This document shows positions 1-8,238 of a DNA stretch of 32,000 nucleotides, one piece after another. The stretch covers positions 1,650,001-1,682,000 of the forward strand of contig NC_011979.1 of assembly GCF_000022265.1 (NCBI RefSeq). The letters run 5' to 3'. The translations under genes were made by a program, and so were the position numbers. Under the pieces are notes generated by a model. The model was not told the DNA's origin and did no database searches. It was given only the letters and a program-made list of their open reading frames with translations. Positions within the stretch are counted from its first letter, which is position 1; every line of letters starts with the position of its first letter. The stretch is from Geotalea daltonii FRC-32 (GTDB lineage: Bacteria; Desulfobacterota; Desulfuromonadia; Geobacterales; Geobacteraceae).

Positions 1-2
1 AC

Positions 3-137
3 ATCGACCCGAACATGGTGCTTGTTGACGGCAGGGTTGGCTGCCTGACCTGTCATGACCCGTTGAATCGGAACGCACCCCATCTGGTGGCGAGCAATGA
101 TCGCAGCAACCTCTGTCTGACCTGCCACATCAAATAG
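3..137 (+). CDS. C-terminal fragment of a multihaem c-type cytochrome (5' end lies outside the window)
   Basis: My translation of frame 3 gives IDPNMVLVDGRVGCLTCHDPLNRNAPHLVASNDRSNLCLTCHIK*. It has two CXXCH haem-binding motifs in a paired-CXXCH-like spacing and a TAG stop at 135-137. It is absent from the ORF track because no start codon lies in the window. Confidence 0.7.
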   Translation: MDPNMVLVDGRVGCLTCHDPLNRNAPHLVASNDRSNLCLTCHIK

Positions 138-181
138 GGATGCGAGTAGTAAGCAACGGACCAACCTGGGAGGATACGGCC

Positions 182-634
182 ATGGGATACAGATACGTAG
201 CACCTGAAGAAAAGGCAGGGGAAGGTGTTTTCCGGATCATGGAAGTAGTGATGGTGAAAAAGGGGCCAGTTGGCGTGGGAATGACTTCAAGCCAGATTCT
301 GACTGTGGATAATCATTGGGATACCTTGAGGTATGTCCAGGAAAATATGGATGAAATAATTGCCACGATGGTCAAGGTGATGAGAATGGAAACGAACAGT
401 CGCAGGAAAATCGATGAGAATGCCAGGCTCTTTGAGAAAAACCTGGAACCGCTGTTTTCACTGATTTCGGCAACGAGTAAAGAGAACCTGATGGACAAGC
501 TGTCCAGTTCACTGAAAAAGGCATTGCTCTTGATGGCCTTGGATCGTTATCAATGTGACCGGGATACCATCTGTCGGGCCCTGGGGATCACCAAGGACAA
601 ACTGGACAAGGAGATGAAGGCCTGTGGGTTGTAA
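182..634 (+). CDS. Small hypothetical protein with a C-terminal Fis-type helix-turn-helix
   Basis: The ORF track gives 140..634. The ATG at 182 has a GGAGG Shine-Dalgarno (169-173) 8 nt upstream, whereas the ATG at 140 has none. The C-terminus LLLMALDRYQCDRDTICRALGITKDKLDKEMK resembles Fis/NtrC-type HTH_8 tails. I recognise no other domain. Confidence 0.5.
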   Translation: MGYRYVAPEEKAGEGVFRIMEVVMVKKGPVGVGMTSSQILTVDNHWDTLRYVQENMDEIIATMVKVMRMETNSRRKIDENARLFEKNLEPLFSLISATSKENLMDKLSSSLKKALLLMALDRYQCDRDTICRALGITKDKLDKEMKACGL

Positions 635-691
635 GGCTGCGCTGCAGGGAAGGAAGCGGCAGAAGGCCAACATGGAAAAGGATATTGATGG

Positions 692-732
692 AAAAGATAA
701 GGCGGAAGATGTTTGTTCCGCCTTATCTTTTT
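692..732. terminator. Bidirectional Rho-independent terminator between convergent genes
   Basis: Perfect 16-bp inverted repeat aaaagataaggcggaa (692-707) / ttccgccttatctttt (716-731) with an 8-nt loop. The GC-rich core is followed by a T-run on both strands. It lies between the stop of the + gene (634) and the stop of the - gene (736). Confidence 0.6.
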
Positions 733-735
733 CCG

Positions 736-2496
736 TCAGCAGCTATGGCGCTGGGCACGTCGGAAGAAAAATACCCCGCCGAAGATTATCAGGATAAGCG
801 GCAGTGCCAGGCTATGTTCAACGAAGAAGATGACTGGGGCAAGGACCACTCGGCACAGGGTTCTTGCTGTGGCATGTTCGGCTATGAATGCTGCCAGAGG
901 CGGACTGACGCGGTAGTAGAGGGAGACGAAGGCCCTGCCGGGTGCATTCGTCAGCAGGTAGTGATCCCGGAACTGGCGCAGGAGCGTGACCTTTGGATGG
1001 AGATAGCTGCCGTAGGCAGCAGTGGCGATGAAGCAGCCGCTTTTGCCTCCCGATGAAGCAGTTGTGGTGCCGCCTGGTAGCGAGGGGAGCTGGGAGCCAT
1101 CGGTATTGAAGTAGGCTACCTGGTTGTCGGACGAGCTGTTGTTGCAGATGAGCAGCATCACTTCTTCTGTCCCGGAGGCGTTGAAGGATGGAATGGTGAT
1201 GGTGCCGTCGGCAGCCTGGGAAAACTGGTCGATGCTGCCGCTTGTGTTCTTCCTGAAGGCTGCAACCTTGATTCCCTGAGACTGGGATAAACGGAGCACC
1301 AGATCCTGCGGCGCGGTGGCTGACTTGACGAACCTGTAAAAGGCAAAGGAATAATGGGGCAGGCCGGGAGACGTGCCACTGCTTACCGGATAGGCTGAAA
1401 ATGCCTGTTTAGGTACGACGGGGTGAATCAAAGATATGTCATTCTTGTGGCTGAACCAATCGCGCAGATACAGCCTTTTGCTGAAGGAGAAGAAATCGTT
1501 GTCAATACTGCTTCCCTTGGACCTGAGTACCGTGTCGATGACCGGCAGCATCGGTATATCGGCGCCTCCGCCAGGTGAAGACTGCGTTGCCAAATGCTCC
1601 CAGATCTGCCTCACCACCGGGCTCTGGGCATACCGCTCCGTCAGATAGCGGTTGAAGATCCAGCGGCCGTATTCGCTGTTGTCGCCGCTTTGAGCAGCGG
1701 CATCAAGGGACATGGTTTTGGTAAGATAATTGTTAACGTACAGGTAAAGCTGGTTAACCCCGTCATATACTTCGTCTTCGATCCAGGTGGCGGTAACTTC
1801 GGCAAACCAGATGTCGAAATAATAGTTGTAACCATACTGGATGGCGTGGTGATATTCATGGGCGGCTGTGATTTGCAGAGCCTTCTGCGGCGTGTATTCA
1901 GTGATCTGTGTGCCGAATTCGCCGGCGGAGAAGTCGTTGTCGATGGTAATGAAGCTGGTGAAAGAGTTTGATCCGGGAGAGGACTGGATATCGGTCTCGG
2001 TTATGCCAAAGGCCCTGGCTCCCATATTCTGTAAATATATGTCATATGGCCCGGCTGACGTCGGAGCTGCCCGATAACCCATCTGCACAACTTCCGAGTT
2101 ATATACCTCCTCGAAGGTGGCGGCCACCGTCTGCACCCAGGCTGTTGAAGGAGGGGCATCTACCCCGCTTCCTGCATAGTGGATCTTAAAATGCCCACCT
2201 GTAGAAATGTAAACCTGTTCGTCTGCCCAGCTGGGTTTTGCAAGGTATTTAGCCAGGGTTTTCCGGGTCTCGGTGGACAGTTTCGGCCAATCCCTTGATA
2301 GCCCGTGATGGAGGGGGGTAAGGCAGCGTTCTCTGGGGCTTGCCGGTTGACTGGAGACAACCCCGGCGGTTTGCTGCTGAGTTCCGTACAGGGCGCCGAA
2401 GCGCTGCAGGTAATAGGTGTCAAGGGTTCCTGCCGTTACCAGAGATGGGAACAGGGCCAGCAGGGTAACCAGCAACAAACGAAGATTTTTCATCAT
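736..2496 (-). CDS. Secreted HExxH zinc metalloprotease with a CFIATAAYGS-type C-terminal domain and a terminal TM helix
   Basis: N-terminal signal peptide (KNLRLLLVTLLALFPSLVTAG). HExxH motif in ITAAHEYHHAIQYG, with downstream Glu residues (WFAEVTATWIEDE). C-terminus is GGKSGCFIATAAYGS...LRQFRDHYLL...YYRVSPPLA... followed by the hydrophobic stretch LALPLILIIFGGVFFF and RRAQR. The track start at 2499 is TTG. The ATG at 2496 overlaps the upstream TGA (TGATG), suggesting translational coupling. Confidence 0.8.
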   Translation of the reverse strand: MMKNLRLLLVTLLALFPSLVTAGTLDTYYLQRFGALYGTQQQTAGVVSSQPASPRERCLTPLHHGLSRDWPKLSTETRKTLAKYLAKPSWADEQVYISTGGHFKIHYAGSGVDAPPSTAWVQTVAATFEEVYNSEVVQMGYRAAPTSAGPYDIYLQNMGARAFGITETDIQSSPGSNSFTSFITIDNDFSAGEFGTQITEYTPQKALQITAAHEYHHAIQYGYNYYFDIWFAEVTATWIEDEVYDGVNQLYLYVNNYLTKTMSLDAAAQSGDNSEYGRWIFNRYLTERYAQSPVVRQIWEHLATQSSPGGGADIPMLPVIDTVLRSKGSSIDNDFFSFSKRLYLRDWFSHKNDISLIHPVVPKQAFSAYPVSSGTSPGLPHYSFAFYRFVKSATAPQDLVLRLSQSQGIKVAAFRKNTSGSIDQFSQAADGTITIPSFNASGTEEVMLLICNNSSSDNQVAYFNTDGSQLPSLPGGTTTASSGGKSGCFIATAAYGSYLHPKVTLLRQFRDHYLLTNAPGRAFVSLYYRVSPPLAAFIAEHATARTLCRVVLAPVIFFVEHSLALPLILIIFGGVFFFRRAQRHSC

Positions 2497-2972
2497 CAAT
2501 CGACCATCCTTTTCCCGCCTCTTATGGCGGCCAAGGTGTTTTTGCCTTTTTCGATCCTGATTTTCTTCGAGAAAGGTGCGTATTTTACCTCGTACTGCCC
2601 GGCCGGCAGTGACAGGAAGAGGTATCCCGTTTCGCCGGTGCGGGCCATGAGCTTGATCCTGGTGCCGTTGACTTCAATGGGAGCGCCGGCAATGGGATGG
2701 TAACCTCCCGTGCCGGTCAGTTTTCCGCCGGACTGCTGCACATAGCAGAGCAGGGCTAGGCCACCGCTGCCAGCCGGCAGTTTTGCCTGTTTAGCCGGTG
2801 CTTTTTCATTTTCGGCAGAGGGGAGATAGCCATCCACGGCGGATATGGACGTAACGCCGGTGCTGGCTCCTTCCTGGAAGGCAGTGCCGTCGAAATGAAA
2901 TTGAGCCGCTTGGGCCATGGCCAAGCCGGCAATCGCCAGCAGCATAAGGACTGGTGCAAATAGTCTCTTCAT
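2496..2972 (-). CDS. Small secreted protein, carboxypeptidase-regulatory-like (Ig-like beta-sandwich) fold
   Basis: The ATG at 2972 (MKRLFAPVLMLLAIAGLAMA-QA signal peptide) has GGAGA 6 nt upstream. The track start at 2999 lacks an SD. The C-terminal segment GAPIEVNGTRIKLMARTGETGYLFLSLPAGQYEV resembles the CarboxypepD_reg pattern. The stop overlaps the protease start. Confidence 0.65.
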   Translation of the reverse strand: MKRLFAPVLMLLAIAGLAMAQAAQFHFDGTAFQEGASTGVTSISAVDGYLPSAENEKAPAKQAKLPAGSGGLALLCYVQQSGGKLTGTGGYHPIAGAPIEVNGTRIKLMARTGETGYLFLSLPAGQYEVKYAPFSKKIRIEKGKNTLAAIRGGKRMVD

Positions 2973-3001
2973 CGGTGATCTCCATTGGAAAGCTGGCATC
3001 C

Positions 3002-3030
3002 ACGATATTTCAGATGTGAGGAAAAAGCAA
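3002..3030 (-). promoter_or_regulatory. Weak sigma70-like promoter candidate for the 2972<-736 operon
   Basis: The minus strand reads TTGCTT-17 nt-TATCGT (-35 at 3025-3030, -10 at 3002-3007), about 30 nt upstream of the ATG at 2972. The match to consensus is poor. Confidence 0.25.
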
Positions 3031-3032
3031 CG

Positions 3033-3075
3033 GCTAAAATAAGAGCCCCTTCTCCAATTTAGAGAAGGGGCTCTT
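3033..3075 (-). terminator. Rho-independent terminator of leuA
   Basis: 13-14 bp perfect stem agagccccttctc (3042-3054) / gagaaggggctct (3062-3074) with a 7-nt loop. On the minus strand it is followed by TTATTTTA. It sits 24 nt after the leuA stop. Confidence 0.8.
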
Positions 3076-3097
3076 TGTGCAAAAACTGTGAAGATGA

Positions 3098-4648
3098 TCA
3101 GAGGCTTTCCATCGGTCTTTCTACCTTGAAATGAAGTTTATTCAAGGCATCAATATAGGCTTTTGCCGAAGCTTCGATGATGTCGGTGGATGAGCCCTTG
3201 CCGATAACGGTGCGCGAACCTTCGGCGAGACGGACGTTGACCTCACCTTGGGCATCGGTGCCGCCGGTGATTGAACCCACGTTGTACTGCTGTAGCTTTG
3301 CCTTGGTCTTGGTGAGTTTCTTGATGGCCTTGAGGGTGGCATCCACCGGCCCGTCTCCCAGTTCGGCGGTGCGGACCGGGTTGCCTTCGATTTCCATCTG
3401 TACGGTGGCGGTGGCCACGGCAAAGGAACCGCAGGTGACTGTAATATGGCTCAATTTATAGACTTCGTGGGCTCTCATGATCTCGTCGGCCACCAGTGCA
3501 TCCAGATCTTCGTCAAAAACTTCCTTTTTCAGGTCGGCAAGAGCCTTGAACCGCTCGAATGCCTGATTGAGTTTTTCGTCGTCCAGATCATAACCCAGCT
3601 CTTCCAGACGCTTTTTAAAGGCATGTCGACCTGAATGCTTGCCGAGCACCAACGAGCTTGATTTGAGCCCCACCGACTCAGGGGTCATGATTTCATAGGT
3701 GGTCTTATCCATGAGCATGCCGTGCTGATGAATGCCCGCTTCATGGGCGAAGGCGTTGGCGCCGACAATGGCCTTATTGGGCTGAACGACGATGCCGGTT
3801 ACGGTCGTTAACAGGCGGCTTGCCGGGGTAAGGTGTTCACTGGCCACGTTGGTCTTGAACGGCAGAATGTCCGGCCTGGTCTTGATGGCCATGACGAATT
3901 CCTCGAGCGAGCAGTTGCCTGCCCGTTCGCCAATACCGTTGATGGTGCATTCCACCTGGCCGGCACCGGCCTGGACGGCGGCAATGGAATTTGCCACGGA
4001 TAGGCCGAGATCGTTGTGACAGTGGACGGAAATGGTCGCATTCTCCACGTTGGCCACGTTGTCCTTCAGGTATTTTATAATGTTGAAGTATTCAAAAGGA
4101 ATGGTATAACCGACCGTGTCGGGGATATTGACCACTGTTGCTCCGGCATCGATGACCGCGCCAACGATCTCGGCAAGGAACTTGATCTCGGTGCGCACCG
4201 CATCTTCGCAGGAGAATTCCACATTGGGGGTATAGCTTTTCGCCCTTTTAACGGCCTTAACCGCCGACTCAAGGACCTCCTTTGGCGACATTTTCAGCTT
4301 GTATTTCATATGAATATCCGAGGTGGCGATGAAGGTGTGAATGCGTCCCCTGTCTCCGGCATACTGCAGGGCTTCCCAGGCCCGGTCTATGTCCTTGAAG
4401 CTGGAGCGGCACAAGCCGGCTATTTCCGGCCCCTTGATGGTCTGGGCGATTTTTTTCACTGCTTCGAAATCTCCCTCTGAAGCAATGGGGAAACCCGCCT
4501 CTATGACATCCACCTTCAGTTTGACCAGTTGGCTGGCGATACGCAGCTTTTCGCTGATGGTCATGCTGGCGCCGGGAGACTGTTCCCCGTCCCTGAGCGT
4601 GGTGTCGAAGATCTTGATTGTCTTGTGCTCCGATTTCTTTGTAGCCAT
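3098..4648 (-). CDS. leuA: 2-isopropylmalate synthase
   Basis: 516-aa ORF. It contains IFDTTLRDGEQSPG and SVHCHNDLGLSVANS catalytic motifs, and its length is consistent with a C-terminal LeuA regulatory domain. A purine-rich SD (AAGGGGG) lies upstream, and a Leu T-box leader precedes it. Confidence 0.97.
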   Translation of the reverse strand: MATKKSEHKTIKIFDTTLRDGEQSPGASMTISEKLRIASQLVKLKVDVIEAGFPIASEGDFEAVKKIAQTIKGPEIAGLCRSSFKDIDRAWEALQYAGDRGRIHTFIATSDIHMKYKLKMSPKEVLESAVKAVKRAKSYTPNVEFSCEDAVRTEIKFLAEIVGAVIDAGATVVNIPDTVGYTIPFEYFNIIKYLKDNVANVENATISVHCHNDLGLSVANSIAAVQAGAGQVECTINGIGERAGNCSLEEFVMAIKTRPDILPFKTNVASEHLTPASRLLTTVTGIVVQPNKAIVGANAFAHEAGIHQHGMLMDKTTYEIMTPESVGLKSSSLVLGKHSGRHAFKKRLEELGYDLDDEKLNQAFERFKALADLKKEVFDEDLDALVADEIMRAHEVYKLSHITVTCGSFAVATATVQMEIEGNPVRTAELGDGPVDATLKAIKKLTKTKAKLQQYNVGSITGGTDAQGEVNVRLAEGSRTVIGKGSSTDIIEASAKAYIDALNKLHFKVERPMESL

Positions 4649-4713
4649 TACTGTACCCCCTTTTATTTTGCCATGTTATTATTCCACACCATTTCCGGAA
4701 AGCGAGCGGGAAA

Positions 4714-4746
4714 CAAAAAAACCTCCGCCCCGACAAGGGGCGAAGG
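4714..4746 (-). terminator. Intrinsic terminator (expression platform) of the T-box leader
   Basis: The minus strand reads CCTTCGCCCC-TTGTC-GGGGCGGAGG followed by TTTTTTTG. The 5' arm lies directly 3' of the T-box sequence, which allows the usual antiterminator alternative. Confidence 0.8.
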
Positions 4747-4976
4747 TTCTATCTCCGCGGTACCACCCTCATTCATCCCGAATCGATCAGCAACGATTCA
4801 AGACCTTGTTTGACCCTTGACGCGGGCAACGTCTCCAATTACACAGGAATCAGAATGATGATTCCCTTTCACGGGAGAAGCTCCGAGGCGAGTTCATCGT
4901 CTTCACCTGCTGACTCGCACCTGCCGTCAGCTCTCTTTGAGGTGATCGAACGACTACTACTCCTCTTCACAGCTTT
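4714..4976 (-). promoter_or_regulatory. T-box riboswitch leader, predicted Leu (CUC) specifier, controlling leuA
   Basis: On the minus strand:
- K-turn/specifier 5' side: GTGAAGAGGAGTAGTA.
- AG bulge: AAAGAGAGC.
- Distal loop: GGTGCGAG, closed by gctgac/gtcagc.
- Specifier-loop 3' side: GAA-CUC-G (the codon is the complement of 4890-4892).
- Conserved T-box sequence: GAGGGTGGTACCGCGGAG (complement of 4756-4768 core).
- Terminator follows.
The UGGU in the T-box bulge matches an A73 discriminator, as in tRNA-Leu. Confidence 0.85.
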
Positions 4977-4989
4977 TTGAATTGATCCG

Positions 4990-5019
4990 ATAATAGAAAA
5001 ATCCCTTAACATCTGTCAA
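4990..5019 (-). promoter_or_regulatory. Sigma70-like promoter for the T-box/leuA transcript
   Basis: The minus strand reads TTGACA (complement of 5014-5019), an 18-nt spacer, then TATTAT (complement of 4990-4995). It lies just upstream of the start of T-box stem I. Confidence 0.5.
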
Positions 5020-5028
5020 GGGATTTTC
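4993..5028 (-). terminator. Candidate terminator of the ilvD...pssA operon
   Basis: 10-bp stem aaaatccctt (4998-5007) / aagggatttt (5018-5027) with a 10-nt loop. On the minus strand the stem runs into TTTTTCTATTAT. The stem is AU-rich, so this is only moderately convincing. It overlaps the leuA promoter. Confidence 0.45.
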
Positions 5029-5108
5029 TTAAGTATTTCCATAAGTTTTGCAATTATAAACTTACGTTTGATTTAGGTAAAAATAAAGCACGCTTTGCTG
5101 CTGTCGTG

Positions 5109-5891
5109 TTATTTTTTGCCGGGAGGACGCAATTCCTCATGCCCCCTGTGCATGGCCCGCTTGAGCCGGAGTCGTCGCGGCAGCGTCAGCACATAGCCGA
5201 CCGGTCCGGAAAGCATGTAGCCGCAGAAGATGACGAAAAGCATGATCACCGGTTCGGCGGCAATGACGATGAGAAGAATGACCGCCAATACCAGGAAGGC
5301 GAATGGCTGGCGCTTGATTAGCTCCGGGTCTTTGAAGGAGTAGTAACGCACATTGGAAACCATGAGCAGGGCCAGGAAGTAGATGAGCAGGAGGATGGCC
5401 AGTTTTTTGAAAGAACTGGGCCAGCCGAAATGATAGAAAAGCAGGACGGTGGCCGAAACCATGCTGGCTGCCGCCGGCGTCGGCAGGCCGACGAAGCGCT
5501 TGCTCTCGACCGTTTCGACCTGCACGTTGAACCGGGCCAGGCGTAAGGCAGCGCAGGCGACGAAGAGGAACGCAGCCAGCCAGCCGATGCGACCGAATGG
5601 CTTCAGCGCCCAGGCATACATAAGCAGTCCGGGGGCAGCACCGAAGGAAACCAGGTCCGCAAGGGAATCGAACTCGACACCGAATTTGCTGGCGGTGCCA
5701 GTCAATCGTGCCACTTTGCCGTCAAGGCCGTCGAAGATGGAAGAGGCCAGTATCCACAGTGCCGCAGTCTTGTAATCATAGTTGAGCGTGGAGACCATGC
5801 AGTAAAAGCCGGCAAAAAGGCTGCCTGCAGTGAACAGGTTCGGCAGGATGTATATCCCTTTTCGCATCCCCTCCATATTTTCCCTGCTCAT
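5109..5891 (-). CDS. pssA: CDP-diacylglycerol--serine O-phosphatidyltransferase
   Basis: 260-aa polytopic membrane ORF. It carries the CDP-alcohol phosphatidyltransferase motif DGLDGKVARLTGTASKFGVEFDSLAD (DG-x2-AR-x8-G-x3-D-x3-D). Its ATG overlaps the psd stop (ATGA). Confidence 0.9.
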   Translation of the reverse strand: MSRENMEGMRKGIYILPNLFTAGSLFAGFYCMVSTLNYDYKTAALWILASSIFDGLDGKVARLTGTASKFGVEFDSLADLVSFGAAPGLLMYAWALKPFGRIGWLAAFLFVACAALRLARFNVQVETVESKRFVGLPTPAAASMVSATVLLFYHFGWPSSFKKLAILLLIYFLALLMVSNVRYYSFKDPELIKRQPFAFLVLAVILLIVIAAEPVIMLFVIFCGYMLSGPVGYVLTLPRRLRLKRAMHRGHEELRPPGKK

Positions 5892-6529
5892 GTCGTTACC
5901 CCCAGGATGGTTTCTCCGGCAACCGTCTGATCCCCCATCGTTACCTGCAGTTCCGTATCCAAGGGTAGATATACGTCCAACCTGGAACCGAAACGGATCA
6001 GGCCGTAGCGTTCACCCCGCCTGAGCATGGTGCCGATGGTAGGATAGCAGACGATGCGCCTGGCGATGAGACCGGCAACCTGTACGACCACCAGCCTGAT
6101 CCCATTTGCAGTTTCAAGAACCAGCCCTTTCTGCTCGTTTTCAAAAGTGGCGCTTTCATGGCGAACATCGAGGAATTTCCCCGGCCGGTAGAACTGATCA
6201 ACAACTCTGGCGGATATGGGGACCCGATTGATATGCACATTGAAGACGGACATGAAAATGCTGATTTTCATCATATCCTGGTCAAGATGCGGCTCGCGGG
6301 CGGGGCCCAGATAGATGACGACTCCATCGGCAGGAGAGACGACTGCCTTTTCATTTGCCGGCGTAACCCTCTTGGGATTGCGGAAGAAGAAGATGATGAA
6401 AACGGTGACAACGATGAAGAAGGCGGCACCTACTTTCCAGCCGATAATGATGAAAATGGCGCTGATCAGGGCCGCACCAGCGACAAACGGCAGCCCTTCC
6501 ACAGCAATGGGAACATTGTTATTACGCAT
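5888..6529 (-). CDS. psd: Phosphatidylserine decarboxylase proenzyme (short form)
   Basis: 213 aa with an N-terminal TM segment. The C-terminal LIRFGSRLDVYLP contains the G-S self-processing (pyruvoyl) site. It is adjacent to, and translationally coupled with, pssA. Confidence 0.9.
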   Translation of the reverse strand: MRNNNVPIAVEGLPFVAGAALISAIFIIIGWKVGAAFFIVVTVFIIFFFRNPKRVTPANEKAVVSPADGVVIYLGPAREPHLDQDMMKISIFMSVFNVHINRVPISARVVDQFYRPGKFLDVRHESATFENEQKGLVLETANGIRLVVVQVAGLIARRIVCYPTIGTMLRRGERYGLIRFGSRLDVYLPLDTELQVTMGDQTVAGETILGVTT

Positions 6530-6633
6530 TACCCGTCCTTGATTGGTCTAACGTCAAAGAGGCCGGTCCGGGCACAACTCACGAATGGGAGTAAATGGTC
6601 CGAATCCGGCCTCCGGTGCAACGAAAGAATAAT

Positions 6634-7662
<1,029 letters not shown>

Positions 7663-7682
7663 TTATATGAAGCTTCCTGCTT

Positions 7683-8174
7683 TTAACTCTTCCATCCCTT
7701 GGCGCCGCGGCCGATGGCCACAGCCCCGGTCCTCACCAGTTCCTTCAGTCCCAGGGGCCTGAGCAGCTCCAGTATGGCGTCAATCTTAAGCGGAGCTCCG
7801 GTTGCTTCGATGGTATATGACTTGGGTGTGACATCGATGATTTTAGCGCGGAAAATATCGACGATTCTCAGTACCTCGGCGCGACTGTCGTCTTCAGCGT
7901 TGACCTTGATCAGCGCCATTTCACGCTCAATGGCATTTCCTTCGTTGAAATCGATGACCTTGATGACGTCGATCAGCTTGTTCAGCTGCTTGCATATCTG
8001 TTCCAGTATCTGCTCGTCACCACGGGTGACGATGGTCATGCGGGAAATGGTTTCCTCGTTGGTTGGAGCCACCGAAAGGGAATCGATATTGAAGCCGCGG
8101 CCGGAGAAGAGCCCGACCACGCGGGAAAGCACACCGAATTCATTTTCCACCAGCACTGATATTGTATGTTTCAT
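7683..8174 (-). CDS. ilvN: Acetolactate synthase small (regulatory) subunit
   Basis: 163 aa with an ACT-domain N-terminus (HTISVLVENEFGVLSRVVGLFSGRGFNIDSL). It lies directly downstream of the large subunit. Confidence 0.95.
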   Translation of the reverse strand: MKHTISVLVENEFGVLSRVVGLFSGRGFNIDSLSVAPTNEETISRMTIVTRGDEQILEQICKQLNKLIDVIKVIDFNEGNAIEREMALIKVNAEDDSRAEVLRIVDIFRAKIIDVTPKSYTIEATGAPLKIDAILELLRPLGLKELVRTGAVAIGRGAKGWKS

Positions 8175-8238
8175 TGAATCCCTCCGATTACTTTCAAGGG
8201 GCTATTGTTTCCCCCTCATGGAGCCTTATCTGTAAGGA

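Noticed and set aside
685-1056. A 123-aa + strand ORF (and 713-916) beginning in the intergenic region after the Fis-HTH gene.
   Set aside because: It starts inside the bidirectional terminator, runs antisense to the conserved C-terminal domain of the protease gene, and has no SD or recognisable motifs.
6559-6613. A hairpin (gaggccgg ... ccggcctc) in the ilvC-psd intergenic region as a terminator or attenuator.
   Set aside because: The stem has only 8 perfect bp around a ~39-nt loop, and only a TTT run follows on the minus strand. This is too weak to call, so it is mentioned only as a possible read-through modulator.
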